A DNA stretch of 64,000 bases. It comes from an uncultured bacterium (lineage in GTDB: Bacteria > Patescibacteriota > Minisyncoccia > Phycocordibacterales > PALSA-1337). Shown here piece after piece: positions 1-9,914 of the stretch. A program made the translations under genes and the position numbers. Below the pieces are notes generated by a model that ran no database searches, had not been told where the DNA came from, and was given only the letters and a program-made list of their open reading frames with translations. The stretch is taken from contig CAWKMY010000006.1 of assembly GCA_963851055.1 (NCBI GenBank), positions 78,965-142,964 of the forward strand, given 5' to 3'. Numbering within the stretch: the stretch's first letter is position 1; the number at the start of each line of letters is the position of its first letter.

Positions 1-94
1 CGACACCATTCTCATCCAGCTTCTTTATAGACTCGAAATTCTTGCTCGGACCTATAATCCTCAATTGCGACTCATCGTGTATTTTATTTTTCAT
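1..94 (-). CDS. hypothetical protein, N-terminal part only (gene runs off the left edge)
   Basis: Minus-strand ATG at 94, open to position 1 (MKNKIHDESQLRIIGPSKNFESIKKLDENGV...). No recognisable motif. Confidence 0.3.
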   Translation of the reverse strand, partial: MKNKIHDESQLRIIGPSKNFESIKKLDENGV

Positions 95-245
95 GTGCAA
101 AAAATTAATTGGATTTTTAATAGAGAGCTCTCTCCTTCTCTCTTAGTACGGGCAGTTAGGCTCAATTATATCAGCTGTATAAAAATATCAATCTGTTGGA
201 AAAGAAAATTATGTTTTGTAATATTTTTTGGTGATTTCTTGCAAG

Positions 246-278
246 AAAAACCCCGCACCAGAAAAGATGCGGGGGGGG
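246..278 (-). terminator. rho-independent terminator after the radical-SAM gene
   Basis: Minus strand reads CCCCGCA-tcttttctgg-TGCGGGG followed by TTTTT, 8 nt after the stop at 286. Confidence 0.7.
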
Positions 279-285
279 TAACACG

Positions 286-1545
286 TCAGGCTTTCATTAC
301 CAATCGGCTTTCAACCCTTTCAACGACTTCTGTGTAAAAGCGACGAGGTAATGAGATCCCGTCCTTAACACATCGGTTATTAAATAGGTTGACACGATAA
401 TTGACACTATTCATCCAAATGTTGAGGAGAGATTCCTCCCGAATGTTCGGATGAACGACAAAGTTGGGCGTGTCGTTGCCGGGGCACCTCCAAACAGCGC
501 CATCGTAGTGAATGTAGAGGCCGTGAGTCAGCTGATTGCATGGAGCAAGCCCGATGTATGGATGAGCCCCTTCACGCTTCAACTGCTCAAGATTCATAAC
601 ACCACGCTCGATCGTCCATACATATACCGAGACAGCCATGTTTATGTAATCCTGCTCGAACTTGGCATCGTGCGCAGACTTGACCAGTTTGTGGCCTTTG
701 CCACTGACCATCGTCGGCGGAATATACACTGGGATATTTCTCTCAACTCCCCACCTGTATATCTCGAATGCGCCGGCAATATTCTGAGCTGTCACAGGAG
801 CACAGGCAATGACAATCCTCTGCTTCAAGAGATCAGCATTCATTCCAGTCTTGCACAACCGCTCGATAGCGGTATTGCGGGCTAGGTGATAATCGAACTC
901 CTGACCAAACTCCCTTTTGTTCTGCGGAATGAACATGCCATTCTCAAAGTCAGGGTCGAATGAACGGCCCCCAACTAGGAATGTAGTGTTCGGATATGAC
1001 ACCAAGCGCCGGACCAACTCCTCCGAACTGATACCTAGGTAATGCTGGGACAAAGCATCATTGCCCATGATTGCACCCTTGGTAAATATGCCAACCACGA
1101 TATTCCTTTCAGCGAACATATCGAGGATTCTGAACAGATCCGGATTGGCTAAAAGCTCTCCCGGCCCCAGAAACTTCACCGATTCGAGCCCTAGCTCCTT
1201 GGCTTGGTCGATAACGTTTACTACTTCGGCCACGCTCATAATCGGATTGTGCAATTCGGCGTTGTTGAAACAACCGGGACACTGATGAGGGCACGGGTAA
1301 TTCAGACTGAATAGCCCCTTCGCCTCTTCAGGTGTTGCCGCGCCATTTATTACAGCGGCAAAGTCTGCGCGAGGGATATTTATGTCCAAGGTAAGCATTT
1401 TTTTGACGAGCTGACCACGAACACTGACTGTTTCTCCGATCCGGTCCTCAGGATAACTCCATTTATATACCATTAACCGGTATCCTTTCGGTATTTTGCC
1501 ATTCGGCGGCAAAACCGTAGGAACATTTGGGAACTGGTTTTTCAT
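286..1545 (-). CDS. radical SAM protein with Cys-containing C-terminal (twitch/SPASM-like) extension
   Basis: CPHQCPGC is a CX3CX2C cluster motif, followed by a GPGELL (GGEPLL-like) motif. C-terminal Cys residues occur in CNQLTHG...WRCPGN...NNRCV. ATG at 1545 is preceded by AAAGGA; the ORF-track start at 1569 is a TTG. Confidence 0.85.
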   Translation of the reverse strand: MKNQFPNVPTVLPPNGKIPKGYRLMVYKWSYPEDRIGETVSVRGQLVKKMLTLDINIPRADFAAVINGAATPEEAKGLFSLNYPCPHQCPGCFNNAELHNPIMSVAEVVNVIDQAKELGLESVKFLGPGELLANPDLFRILDMFAERNIVVGIFTKGAIMGNDALSQHYLGISSEELVRRLVSYPNTTFLVGGRSFDPDFENGMFIPQNKREFGQEFDYHLARNTAIERLCKTGMNADLLKQRIVIACAPVTAQNIAGAFEIYRWGVERNIPVYIPPTMVSGKGHKLVKSAHDAKFEQDYINMAVSVYVWTIERGVMNLEQLKREGAHPYIGLAPCNQLTHGLYIHYDGAVWRCPGNDTPNFVVHPNIREESLLNIWMNSVNYRVNLFNNRCVKDGISLPRRFYTEVVERVESRLVMKA

Positions 1546-1557
1546 ATTGTCCTTTCT

Positions 1558-1578
1558 TGTTGATTTCAAAGATCAACA
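1558..1578. promoter_or_regulatory. inverted repeat TGTTGAT-N7-ATCAACA just upstream of the rSAM SD
   Basis: Perfect 7-bp arms, 13 nt upstream of ATG 1545. Either an operator or a 5'UTR hairpin. Confidence 0.4.
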
Positions 1579-1614
1579 CCTTGTTTTTGTTTTCTGACTT
1601 GACGACCTGAACAT

Positions 1615-1643
1615 AATATAGCATTATAATCAATTACTGTCAA
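1615..1643 (-). promoter_or_regulatory. putative sigma70-type promoter of the radical-SAM gene
   Basis: Minus strand reads TTGACA (1643-1638), 17 nt spacer, TATATT (1620-1615). Confidence 0.45.
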
Positions 1644-1724
1644 CAGAAATCGTCAATAAAATCATTGTATTTCCTTTATTATTCAATATATTTACTAATA
1701 TCAACATATTTTTGTGGAATGTTA

Positions 1725-1752
1725 TTGACACAAACAATTATTTTGATACAAT
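1725..1752 (+). promoter_or_regulatory. promoter of the TrmB-like gene (near-leaderless)
   Basis: TTGACA 1725-1730, 16 nt spacer, TACAAT 1747-1752. ATG at 1762 with no SD. Confidence 0.6.
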
Positions 1753-1761
1753 TGATGCACA

Positions 1762-2538
1762 ATGCAAAACAAAAACGCACAATTAAAATTCACTCTTCAA
1801 TCATTTGGATTCGGAGATAAAGAGTGCAGCGTATATTTCGCTTTATTGGAATTAGGCAGAGGCACGGTCACCGAGATCTCAAGAAAGGCCGGCATAAACA
1901 GAACGACTGGCTACGACATACTTGCTTCCCTAGGAACCAAAGGTCTAGTCAATATTTCTGGTAAAGAGCCGAAGCAGGAATATATCGTTGAATCTCCAGA
2001 TGCTTTAATGAAATACCTAGAAGATCAGTCGGCTCAAATGATTGAAAATATAAAGAAAGCAAAGGAAACCGTCGCCGAACTCAAGTCTATGCAAGCTCTA
2101 GAAAACCGTCCGAGGATAAAGTTTTACGAGGGTACGGATGGCTTGCGCAACGTTTACGAAGATACCCTGACTTCATCAGAAAAAATTCTGGCTTACGCCT
2201 GCATAGACGATATGCATAAAGCTCTGCCTGATTATTTTCCGGAATATTACAGGAGACGTGCAGAAAACGGTATTTCGATTCGCGGCATCGTGCCCAAAAC
2301 TAAGGCCGCCATCGAGCGAGCCAGCCATAATGAGGAGGAAAAGCGTGAGATTGCTTTTGTTCCCGCCGACAAGTATTACTTTTCGCCTGAAATAAACATC
2401 TACGACAACAAAATAATGATTGCCTCTTGGAGAGAGAAGCTCGGTATTATAATTGAAAGCGCCGAAATCGCTGACGCTATGAAAAAAATATACAGCCTTG
2501 CTTGGGCGGAAGCAAAACGATTAAGCAACAACTCTTAA
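1762..2538 (+). CDS. TrmB-family HTH transcriptional regulator (copy 1)
   Basis: N-terminal winged HTH: FGFGDKECSVYFALLELGRGTVTEISRKAGINRTTGYDILASLGTKGLV. Divergent from the radical-SAM gene. Confidence 0.8.
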   Translation: MQNKNAQLKFTLQSFGFGDKECSVYFALLELGRGTVTEISRKAGINRTTGYDILASLGTKGLVNISGKEPKQEYIVESPDALMKYLEDQSAQMIENIKKAKETVAELKSMQALENRPRIKFYEGTDGLRNVYEDTLTSSEKILAYACIDDMHKALPDYFPEYYRRRAENGISIRGIVPKTKAAIERASHNEEEKREIAFVPADKYYFSPEINIYDNKIMIASWREKLGIIIESAEIADAMKKIYSLAWAEAKRLSNNS

Positions 2539-2714
2539 AATCTTTTCAGCACAACTTAAGCATACACCATCATAAACTTGCACCCTTTTTTATATATGGT
2601 ACATTAAACCCATCAGTTCTGTTCGCCTGACCGGCGGACATTTTACGTTAAAAGGCCGCCACTGGGACCTGAAAAAGTCGAAAATTTAATAACAACTTAA
2701 TAAAAACTAAATAT

Positions 2715-3887
2715 ATGTTCGATCTCAAAGTCATCAACAGCGTCGTTCAACAGCTCGAGGAAGAGCGTGGTATTCCCAAGGAGAAAACCCTTGAGGCTAT
2801 TGCCATGGCCTTGGCTACTGCTTACAAGAAAGAGTATGGCAAGAAAGGCCAGATAGTCCGCGCATCATTTGATAGCAACACAGGAAGCGTAGAATTTTGG
2901 CAGGTGAAAGTGGTCGTTGACCGCAACCAGGTCATCATGGAAGGCGATCCGGAGCCTGAAGAAGACCTCAAGAACGCCAATGTAGACGATATCAAGATCC
3001 GCTTCAACCCGGAACAGCACATGCTTCCGGAGGATGCCAAGAAGATAAAACGTGACGCCGTGGTTGGAGACGAACTCGTCTTCCCATTGGAAATGAAAGC
3101 TGATTTCGGCCGCATCGCCGCACAGACCGCAAAGCAAATCATCATCCAGAAGATACGCGAGGCCGAGAAAGTCTCGGTCATGGGCGAATACGGTCAGAAA
3201 GAAGGCGAAATTGTGGCTGGAACCGTTGAACGCGTCGAACGCGGCACCGTATTCATAAATATGGGTCGTGCTTTGGGCGTCATTCCTTATGAGGAACAGA
3301 TTCCTAGCGAACGTTGGAAGACCGGAGATCGCATTCGCGCATATCTCTATGCCGTTGAGGAGACTCCAAAGGGTATAGTATTGAAGCTTTCACGCGCTCA
3401 TCCTCGATTCCTGGCAAAACTATTCGAGACAGAGACCCCGGAGATCGCAGCAGGCACAGTTGAGATTAAAGCAATAGCCCGCGAAGCCGGTTCACGTTCG
3501 AAAGTTGCAGTAGTTTCGCATGACCCACACATAGACCCGATCGGCTCAATGGTCGGCCAACGTGGCGTCCGCGTTTCTACCGTTACGAGCGAGCTTTCTG
3601 GTGAGAAGCTGGATATAGTCGAATGGAATGAAGATCCGGCGCTATTTATAGAAGAAGCCCTTTCCCCAGCCGAAGCCGTATCGCTCGAACTAGATGAGCG
3701 CGAACATCGCGCCATCGTCACCGTCACCGAAGATGAACAATCGCTTGCCATCGGCAAAGGCGGCCAGAATGTCCGTTTGGCTGCCAAGCTTACGGGTTGG
3801 AAAATAGATATACGATCAGATTCCGCAGGAGAAATCGTGGAATCAGAGATCGCTGACGAAGAAGCAACGGAAGCTCCTGCGAAATAA
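2715..3887 (+). CDS. nusA: transcription termination/antitermination factor NusA
   Basis: S1 plus two KH domains (GEIVAGTVERVERG..., IGSMVGQRGVRV, AIGKGGQNVRLAAKLTGWKIDI). Confidence 0.95.
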   Translation: MFDLKVINSVVQQLEEERGIPKEKTLEAIAMALATAYKKEYGKKGQIVRASFDSNTGSVEFWQVKVVVDRNQVIMEGDPEPEEDLKNANVDDIKIRFNPEQHMLPEDAKKIKRDAVVGDELVFPLEMKADFGRIAAQTAKQIIIQKIREAEKVSVMGEYGQKEGEIVAGTVERVERGTVFINMGRALGVIPYEEQIPSERWKTGDRIRAYLYAVEETPKGIVLKLSRAHPRFLAKLFETETPEIAAGTVEIKAIAREAGSRSKVAVVSHDPHIDPIGSMVGQRGVRVSTVTSELSGEKLDIVEWNEDPALFIEEALSPAEAVSLELDEREHRAIVTVTEDEQSLAIGKGGQNVRLAAKLTGWKIDIRSDSAGEIVESEIADEEATEAPAK

Positions 3888-3916
3888 TTATCATTAAAAT
3901 CTGCTAAAATAAAACT

Positions 3917-4438
3917 ATGCACCTACTTCACGACATAGAACCGGGAACAGCCGAGAGAATCAACGTTATCATCGAGATCCCAAAAGGATCCGGCAACAAA
4001 TATGAGATCAACAAGGAAACAGGCCTCATCGCCTTGGACCGTGTCTCTTTCACTAGCCAGACATTTCCATTCGACTATGGTTTCGTGCCGCAGACACTTT
4101 GGCATGATGGAGATCCGCTAGACGTTGTTGTCTTGGCCACATATCCATTTTTCCCTGGGCTTTTCCTGACAGTTCGCCCAGTCGCCATCATGGACATGAT
4201 CGATTCAGGCGAGGAAGATAGTAAAATCATAGCCGTTCCTTCAGAAGATCCACGCTGGAATGATGTTATGGATTTGAAAGACCTAAATAAACACACTCTA
4301 CGCGAGATAGAACACTTCTATGCTACATATAAGAATCTCCAGAATAAGATAGTGAAGGTCAAAGGTTTCAAAGATTCCGCGGAGGCGAAAAAGGCTTTTG
4401 CCGAGGGGGTGAAACTGTATGCTGACAAAAAGAAATAG
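3917..4438 (+). CDS. ppa: inorganic pyrophosphatase (family I)
   Basis: IEIPKGSGNKYE...FPFDYGFVPQT...DGDPLDVVVL signature. Confidence 0.95.
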   Translation: MHLLHDIEPGTAERINVIIEIPKGSGNKYEINKETGLIALDRVSFTSQTFPFDYGFVPQTLWHDGDPLDVVVLATYPFFPGLFLTVRPVAIMDMIDSGEEDSKIIAVPSEDPRWNDVMDLKDLNKHTLREIEHFYATYKNLQNKIVKVKGFKDSAEAKKAFAEGVKLYADKKK

Positions 4439-4462
4439 TCCGATCGGCCTAAAATTGCCCAC

Positions 4463-4894
4463 ATGATCTTCCCTTTTTTAAACATCCCTAATATATTCCA
4501 GTTCCCGCAGGATATACAACAGGGTGTCCAGCAAAATTACGTTATGCGGCGTGAACATGCTGCTAGCAATGGCAATTACCGCAACGCTATTCTGACCACA
4601 CTGCTCGAGCAATCGTTGGTCAATCTAAATAAAATCGAGGGCTTGATAGAATCCCGTATATCCAAGGATGAAGCCTCCGGGACGGATATGACGGACGCCA
4701 AGACTCTCTTGGCCGCCGCCCAGGACAATTTGTCTAACGCCGCAACCGCCGTAGCAGAAGCGACTTCCACGCAAGGTAGTTCAGCGCTACATCCTACGTA
4801 TGTGAACGCTCATTTCGCCTTGAATGACGCCAGAGACGCATTTGATTCTGTAGTAAACGCTATCGCCACAGCTGAAAACAATGCAGGAAAATAA
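4463..4894 (+). CDS. hypothetical protein
   Basis: 143-aa ORF with no recognisable motif. The start is uncertain; an internal Met at MRREH is possible. Confidence 0.4.
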   Translation: MIFPFLNIPNIFQFPQDIQQGVQQNYVMRREHAASNGNYRNAILTTLLEQSLVNLNKIEGLIESRISKDEASGTDMTDAKTLLAAAQDNLSNAATAVAEATSTQGSSALHPTYVNAHFALNDARDAFDSVVNAIATAENNAGK

Positions 4895-5111
4895 GCCAGA
4901 CAAAAACATAGGGCCCATAGTAGGAACGCTCATCGTCGTCGTTGTCTTGTTTGTGGCAGCCGTGTACGTCTTTGCTTCGCATGTAAATAAACAGGCGGCT
5001 ATAGATGCTTCATTAATCAATTCCACAACTACCCTGCCGACCGAGATCATCACCAATAGCGCGGATGACGTCCAATCATTGAAAGCCGATCTTAATAATT
5101 CAGTTAAATAA
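4881..5111 (+). CDS. small membrane protein (one TM helix)
   Basis: GPIVGTLIVVVVLFVAAVYVFA hydrophobic helix. Overlaps the previous stop. Confidence 0.45.
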   Translation: MQENKPDKNIGPIVGTLIVVVVLFVAAVYVFASHVNKQAAIDASLINSTTTLPTEIITNSADDVQSLKADLNNSVK

Positions 5112-5112
5112 T

Positions 5113-6177
5113 ATGGAAAAATCTTACGCTTCTACGACCACAAAGCCGCTCGAAAAATCCCGCGTTGAGATCGTAGGTTCTATAGCTCCGGAGGTCTGGC
5201 AGAAATATCGCGCGCAGGCGCTCAAGCACATAAATGAGCATGTCACTATCGCCGGCTTCCGCAAAGGCATGGTTCCGGAAAATATTTTGATCGGCAAAGT
5301 CGGTGACATGGCTATTCTCGAGGAAATGGCTGAAATGGCTATGTCCAAAGCTTATATAGAAATAATCATAGATAATAAGATCGATGCTATAGGCAAACCT
5401 GAAATCCAAGTGACAAAGCTCGCTAAAGATAATCCGCTTGAGTTTAAAATAATCACGGCTATCGTGCCTGAAGTGAAACTTCCGGATTACAAGAAGCTGG
5501 CTATATCTGCCGTAAATAAAAGCCCTTCTGTAGAGAAAGTCACCGACAAAGATGTTGAGGACGCCATCCTGCGTATTCGGAAGTCCCGTGTTTCGCATGA
5601 AGGCCACGATCACGACAAAATGAGCAAAGAGGAGCACGAAAAAGCCATTGAGGCTTCGATGCCGGAATTAACCGATGACTTTGTTAAGATGCTTGGCGAT
5701 TTCACTGATGTGCCGGATTTCCGGACAAAGCTCTCGGCTATGTTAGCTGAAGAAAAGATCAACACCGCAAAAGAGAAAACTAGGGTACGCATAGCTGACG
5801 TCATTGAAGCAGAGGCCAAAGTAGAACTGCCGGATATCATGATCGAAAGCGAATTGAACAGGACAGAGAGCCAATTCAATGCTGACATGGAGCGCATGGG
5901 TGTGAAGCTAGAGGATTATCTGAAACATGCAAAAAAAACCGTTGAAGAAATTCGCGCTGAATGGAGACCACATGCAGAGAAAAAGGCAAAACTACAATTG
6001 ATATTGAATGCTATCGCTCAAAAAGAAAACATCCGACCAGATGCCGCAGAGGTTGAGGCTGAAGTAAATCATATCGTTGAGCACTATAAAGAAGCTGATC
6101 GCGAGCGCGCCGCGGCTTATGCGGAAACAGTTCTCACAAATGAGAAAGTGTTCCAATTTTTGGAATCGGCATCATAA
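5113..6177 (+). CDS. tig: trigger factor, short form lacking the PPIase domain
   Basis: N-terminal ribosome-binding signature AGFRKGMVP. The C-terminal arm domain aligns by eye with E. coli TF (MPELTDDFVK...). Total length is only 354 aa. Confidence 0.85.
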   Translation: MEKSYASTTTKPLEKSRVEIVGSIAPEVWQKYRAQALKHINEHVTIAGFRKGMVPENILIGKVGDMAILEEMAEMAMSKAYIEIIIDNKIDAIGKPEIQVTKLAKDNPLEFKIITAIVPEVKLPDYKKLAISAVNKSPSVEKVTDKDVEDAILRIRKSRVSHEGHDHDKMSKEEHEKAIEASMPELTDDFVKMLGDFTDVPDFRTKLSAMLAEEKINTAKEKTRVRIADVIEAEAKVELPDIMIESELNRTESQFNADMERMGVKLEDYLKHAKKTVEEIRAEWRPHAEKKAKLQLILNAIAQKENIRPDAAEVEAEVNHIVEHYKEADRERAAAYAETVLTNEKVFQFLESAS

Positions 6178-6350
6178 AGTAACGCGGAGACGATAACGAA
6201 AAATATAGTTTTTCTTGGGGGGCAAGCATGTCTCTGCGTACATGGCTATTTTAAAATCGTATATTCATACGACTTTCAACGATTTATAGCCGTGAAACCA
6301 TTGTTTTTATCCTTATTCCGTACGATTGTACGGAATGTGAAATGACACAT

Positions 6351-7139
6351 CTACAGGAACACCACTTCCGACAGAGCAGCAATTACAGCAGTTTCAGCAC
6401 GCAAAACCTGCTGACCTAGACTAACAACCCTTACCCCACTTTTGTGAAACAGGTCTATTTCGTCCACTGACCAACCGCCTTCAGGACCGATAAAGATAGC
6501 GATTGGAGCGTCTTTCGAAAAATGCTTAGAAAAATCGGTGCGGTCAAAAGGCTCTGCGTCGGTGTGGAATGCCAAAGTCGAGCACTTCAGTTGACTGAAG
6601 TGCCTTGAACTGGACGCCTCGTCCCCCTTCGACACACCAATCACTTTCGTCACATCAACTCCGTTAAATGATTCGATAACTCCCTTCAATCCCATTATCA
6701 GGGCAATCACCGGCACGCTTCCCCTGCCGCTCTGCTCGCTCGCCTCAACAGCAATCTTTTTTAGCCTACTTTCATTCAAAGACTTCTTCTCACTCCTCTC
6801 TGCCATAACCGGAATGATATTCGTCACTCCAAGTTCCGTAGCTTTCTCAACTATCCATTCGAAAGTATCTTTTTTAACCACAGCCGCGCACAAATAAATT
6901 TCGCGCTCCGGCATATAACGGCTCTTCCCAACTTCCAAGACAGCCAAAGTAACATCATCTTTACCGAAATCTTCTATACGGCAAGTGTAATCGGAACCAG
7001 AACCGTCGAAAACGATGACTGAATCACCAGTCTTCAAACGAAAAACTCGGCGAATCTGATTAACCAATTCAGCGGAACGCACATTTAGCTCGGTTTTATT
7101 ACCAATAGTCTCTTCTATGAAAAATCGATGCAGCCTCAT
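6351..7139 (-). CDS. rsmE: 16S rRNA (uracil1498-N3)-methyltransferase RsmE
   Basis: MRLHRFF start, PUA-like N-terminus, and a C-terminal SPOUT motif (IFIGPEGGWS..E). Confidence 0.85.
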   Translation of the reverse strand: MRLHRFFIEETIGNKTELNVRSAELVNQIRRVFRLKTGDSVIVFDGSGSDYTCRIEDFGKDDVTLAVLEVGKSRYMPEREIYLCAAVVKKDTFEWIVEKATELGVTNIIPVMAERSEKKSLNESRLKKIAVEASEQSGRGSVPVIALIMGLKGVIESFNGVDVTKVIGVSKGDEASSSRHFSQLKCSTLAFHTDAEPFDRTDFSKHFSKDAPIAIFIGPEGGWSVDEIDLFHKSGVRVVSLGQQVLRAETAVIAALSEVVFL

Positions 7140-7173
7140 ATTCGTAGCATTCGCATTTATTCGTCGATTCGTA

Positions 7174-7761
7174 TTATTTTTTCGTATCCGTCACCTGATC
7201 AATAATGCCGTATTTCTTGGCCTCTTCTGCATCCATAAAGAAATCACGGTCAACATCCTTCTCAATCTTAGAAACAGACTGACCGGTATTCTTTGCGAGC
7301 ATCTTGTTCAAAGCTGCGCGGGTCTTCAATATATGCTTAGCACTAATTTCAATGTCGGAAGCCTGACCTTCAGCACCACCAAGAGGTTGATGAATCATCA
7401 CTTCTGAATTTGGCAATGCCAATCTCTTGCCTTTCGTTCCAGCAGATAGTATAAGAGCTGCTCCTGATGCCGCAATTCCGACGCAAACCGTTGATACGTC
7501 ATTCTTTATATGATTCATGGTGTCGACAATGGCCAAAGTCGCGGTGACTGACCCCCCAGGTGAATTTATGTAAAGCGAAATCTCTTTTTTAGGATCTTCA
7601 GACTGCAAGAATAATAGCTGAGCGATGACGATATTGGCCACCGTATCATCGATAGGACCGCCCAAAAAGACGATATTATCCTTCAGAAGCCTTGAATATA
7701 TGTCATAAGCGCGCTCGCCGAACGATGATTTTTCGATAACTGTGGGGATTAGTATGGACAT
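7174..7761 (-). CDS. clpP: ATP-dependent Clp protease proteolytic subunit
   Basis: [11 protein letters not shown]...MIHQPLGG. The catalytic Ser/His context is typical of ClpP. Confidence 0.97.
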   Translation of the reverse strand: MSILIPTVIEKSSFGERAYDIYSRLLKDNIVFLGGPIDDTVANIVIAQLLFLQSEDPKKEISLYINSPGGSVTATLAIVDTMNHIKNDVSTVCVGIAASGAALILSAGTKGKRLALPNSEVMIHQPLGGAEGQASDIEISAKHILKTRAALNKMLAKNTGQSVSKIEKDVDRDFFMDAEEAKKYGIIDQVTDTKK

Positions 7762-7939
7762 AAATGCGATTATAGCATATGATACGGATGTTACAAATTT
7801 AATTTCGATTTCGCTTTTACGGAACTGGAAACATTATGACTCTTATATCCTATAACTCATTGAAACGAATTCTGGCTAGAAAAGGCCTTGAGTCTCATAT
7901 TATAGCTCCTTAGTTCTATAGAAGCGGATCATATCCGCA

Positions 7940-9469
7940 ATGTATTCATTAAAATTAATCGCCGTTTTTCTGGCAGTAGCCGGATTGATAGGCATAGCCG
8001 TAGGTTATTACCTACGATTGATCATTTCCCTCGGTAAGAAGGGATCCATGGAGCTGGAGATCAAGGAGATGCTCCTAGCCGCAAAAGAAGAGGCCAAAAA
8101 GATAAGTGCAGAAGCTGAAACCAAAGCCGCCAAGGCTTTGGACGAGGCTCGCAAAGAAGCCAAAGAAAAAGAAGAGAAAAATAGCCAAACAGAAGACCGT
8201 CTTATCAAAAAGGAGGCTCTTTTGGACAAGCGCCAGGGCGACATAGACAAGGAAGTTGAGTTGGTCAAGACGCGCGTGGCCGAAATCAAGGCCATCCGTG
8301 ATCAGGCTGACAAGTTAGAAGAAGAACGTAAACAATCTCTAGAAAAAGTAGCCAAACTGACTGCAGAAGAAGCCAAGAAAGAGATTATCAGCCTGGTTGA
8401 AAAGCAATCAGAAGAAGACATCCTCGTGCGCATGAATAAGCTCGACACTCAAGGTGAAGAAATGCTCGACCGCAAGGCTCGAGACATTCTCGCGGTATCC
8501 ATCCAACGCCTCGCCTCATCTGTTGCTTCAGATGTCATGTCTACAGTTGTGCCAATACCTAGCGACGATGTAAAAGGCAAAATCATAGGCAAGGAAGGCC
8601 GCAATATCAAAGCTTTTGAGCGCATCACCGGTGTTGAAGTCATGGTTGACGATACACCTGGTGCCATCACTATTTCTTCATTCGACCCAGTGCGCCGCCA
8701 CACAGCTCGTATCGCTCTCCTTGAACTCATAAAGGATGGCCGCATACAGCCTGCAAAGATAGAATCAGTCGTAGAGAAAGCCAAGCAGGATATCAATAAG
8801 ACCATCAAGGAAAAGGGCGAACAGGCTGCATATGAATGTGGCGTTCTCGGCCTAGATCCTCGCATATTGCTCATCCTAGGCAGGCTCCATTTCCGCACTA
8901 GCTACGGCCAGAATGTTCTTCAACACTCCGTTGAAATGGCCCACATCGCAGGTATGATAGCCGAGGAGCTCGGCGCCAACGTCCAGGTAGCCAAGGCCGG
9001 CGCCCTCCTCCACGACATAGGCAAGGCTCTCGACCATGAAGTCACGGGCACCCACGTAGAGATTGGCCGTCGTATCCTCCAGAAATTCGGTGCTTCCGAG
9101 GAGATCGTAAAGGCCATGCAGGCCCATCATGAGGAATATCCTTATGAAACTATCGAGTCCCGCATCGTCCAGACAGCTGACGCCATTTCCGGTGCTCGTC
9201 CTGGAGCTCGCCGCGACAATATCGAGAACTACCTCAAGCGTCTCGGCGACCTAGAGGCTACCGCCAACTCATTCCCAGGCATAGAGAAGTCATATGCCCT
9301 CCAAGCTGGCCGCGAGATTCGCGTCTTCGTTAAGCCTGAAGCTATCAGTGATGTCGAGGCCAAGGAATTGGCTAGGAATATAGCCCTGAAGATAGAAAAA
9401 GACCTCAAATATCCTGGTGAGATCAAAGTTACCGTCATAAGGGAGTTGAGGACGATAGTTGCTCGCTAA
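7940..9469 (+). CDS. rny: ribonuclease Y
   Basis: N-terminal TM helix, coiled coil, KH domain (GKIIGKEGRNIKAFE) and HD domain (LLHDIGKA). Confidence 0.95.
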   Translation: MYSLKLIAVFLAVAGLIGIAVGYYLRLIISLGKKGSMELEIKEMLLAAKEEAKKISAEAETKAAKALDEARKEAKEKEEKNSQTEDRLIKKEALLDKRQGDIDKEVELVKTRVAEIKAIRDQADKLEEERKQSLEKVAKLTAEEAKKEIISLVEKQSEEDILVRMNKLDTQGEEMLDRKARDILAVSIQRLASSVASDVMSTVVPIPSDDVKGKIIGKEGRNIKAFERITGVEVMVDDTPGAITISSFDPVRRHTARIALLELIKDGRIQPAKIESVVEKAKQDINKTIKEKGEQAAYECGVLGLDPRILLILGRLHFRTSYGQNVLQHSVEMAHIAGMIAEELGANVQVAKAGALLHDIGKALDHEVTGTHVEIGRRILQKFGASEEIVKAMQAHHEEYPYETIESRIVQTADAISGARPGARRDNIENYLKRLGDLEATANSFPGIEKSYALQAGREIRVFVKPEAISDVEAKELARNIALKIEKDLKYPGEIKVTVIRELRTIVAR

Positions 9470-9909
9470 GGTGATCAAGACTTTTTCGGTGCAAACCAGA
9501 CGTATAAATCGTAAGGAACTCCTCGGTCGCCTTGACGGCGGAGCTCTTCAGTTTGGCGTTGCTTTCGGCCACCCATTTGGCGAAATTGTAGAGCTCTTGA
9601 TTGGAGACTGTCAGCCATCTTACCATTCTTGGTCAGGAATATCATCAAGGTCACCACGGCTATGCGCTTGTTGCCGTTCTGGAATGGATGTTCTTAATCA
9701 GCAGATAGAAAAGTATGGCCGCCTTCTTGATCAAGTCCTTTGTAAAGCTGTCCCTCGAATGTCTGATGCGGAGCTTCGAGACAACGCTCCAAAATATTCG
9801 GGTAGCGAGTCGAGAAATCAGGAATCGGCTCATCCCACTCCAATAATTTCTGGGCAAAGCCGTGAGCCACATACTGAACCTCTTCGATTGAGAGAGATTT
9901 GATATTCAT
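9470..9909 (-). pseudogene. doc: Doc/Fic-family toxin, disrupted by at least 3 frameshifts
   Basis: The N-terminus (MNIKSLSIEEVQYV...), LIKKAAILFYLLIKN, the Fic motif HPFQNGNKRIAVV and WLTVSNQELYNFAKW each lie in a different minus-strand frame. Confidence 0.8.
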
Positions 9910-9914
9910 TTCCT

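Noticed and set aside
65-337. 90-aa plus-strand ORF from the track
   Set aside because: It spans a terminator hairpin and the 3' end of the minus-strand rSAM gene. It has no RBS or promoter and an implausible composition.
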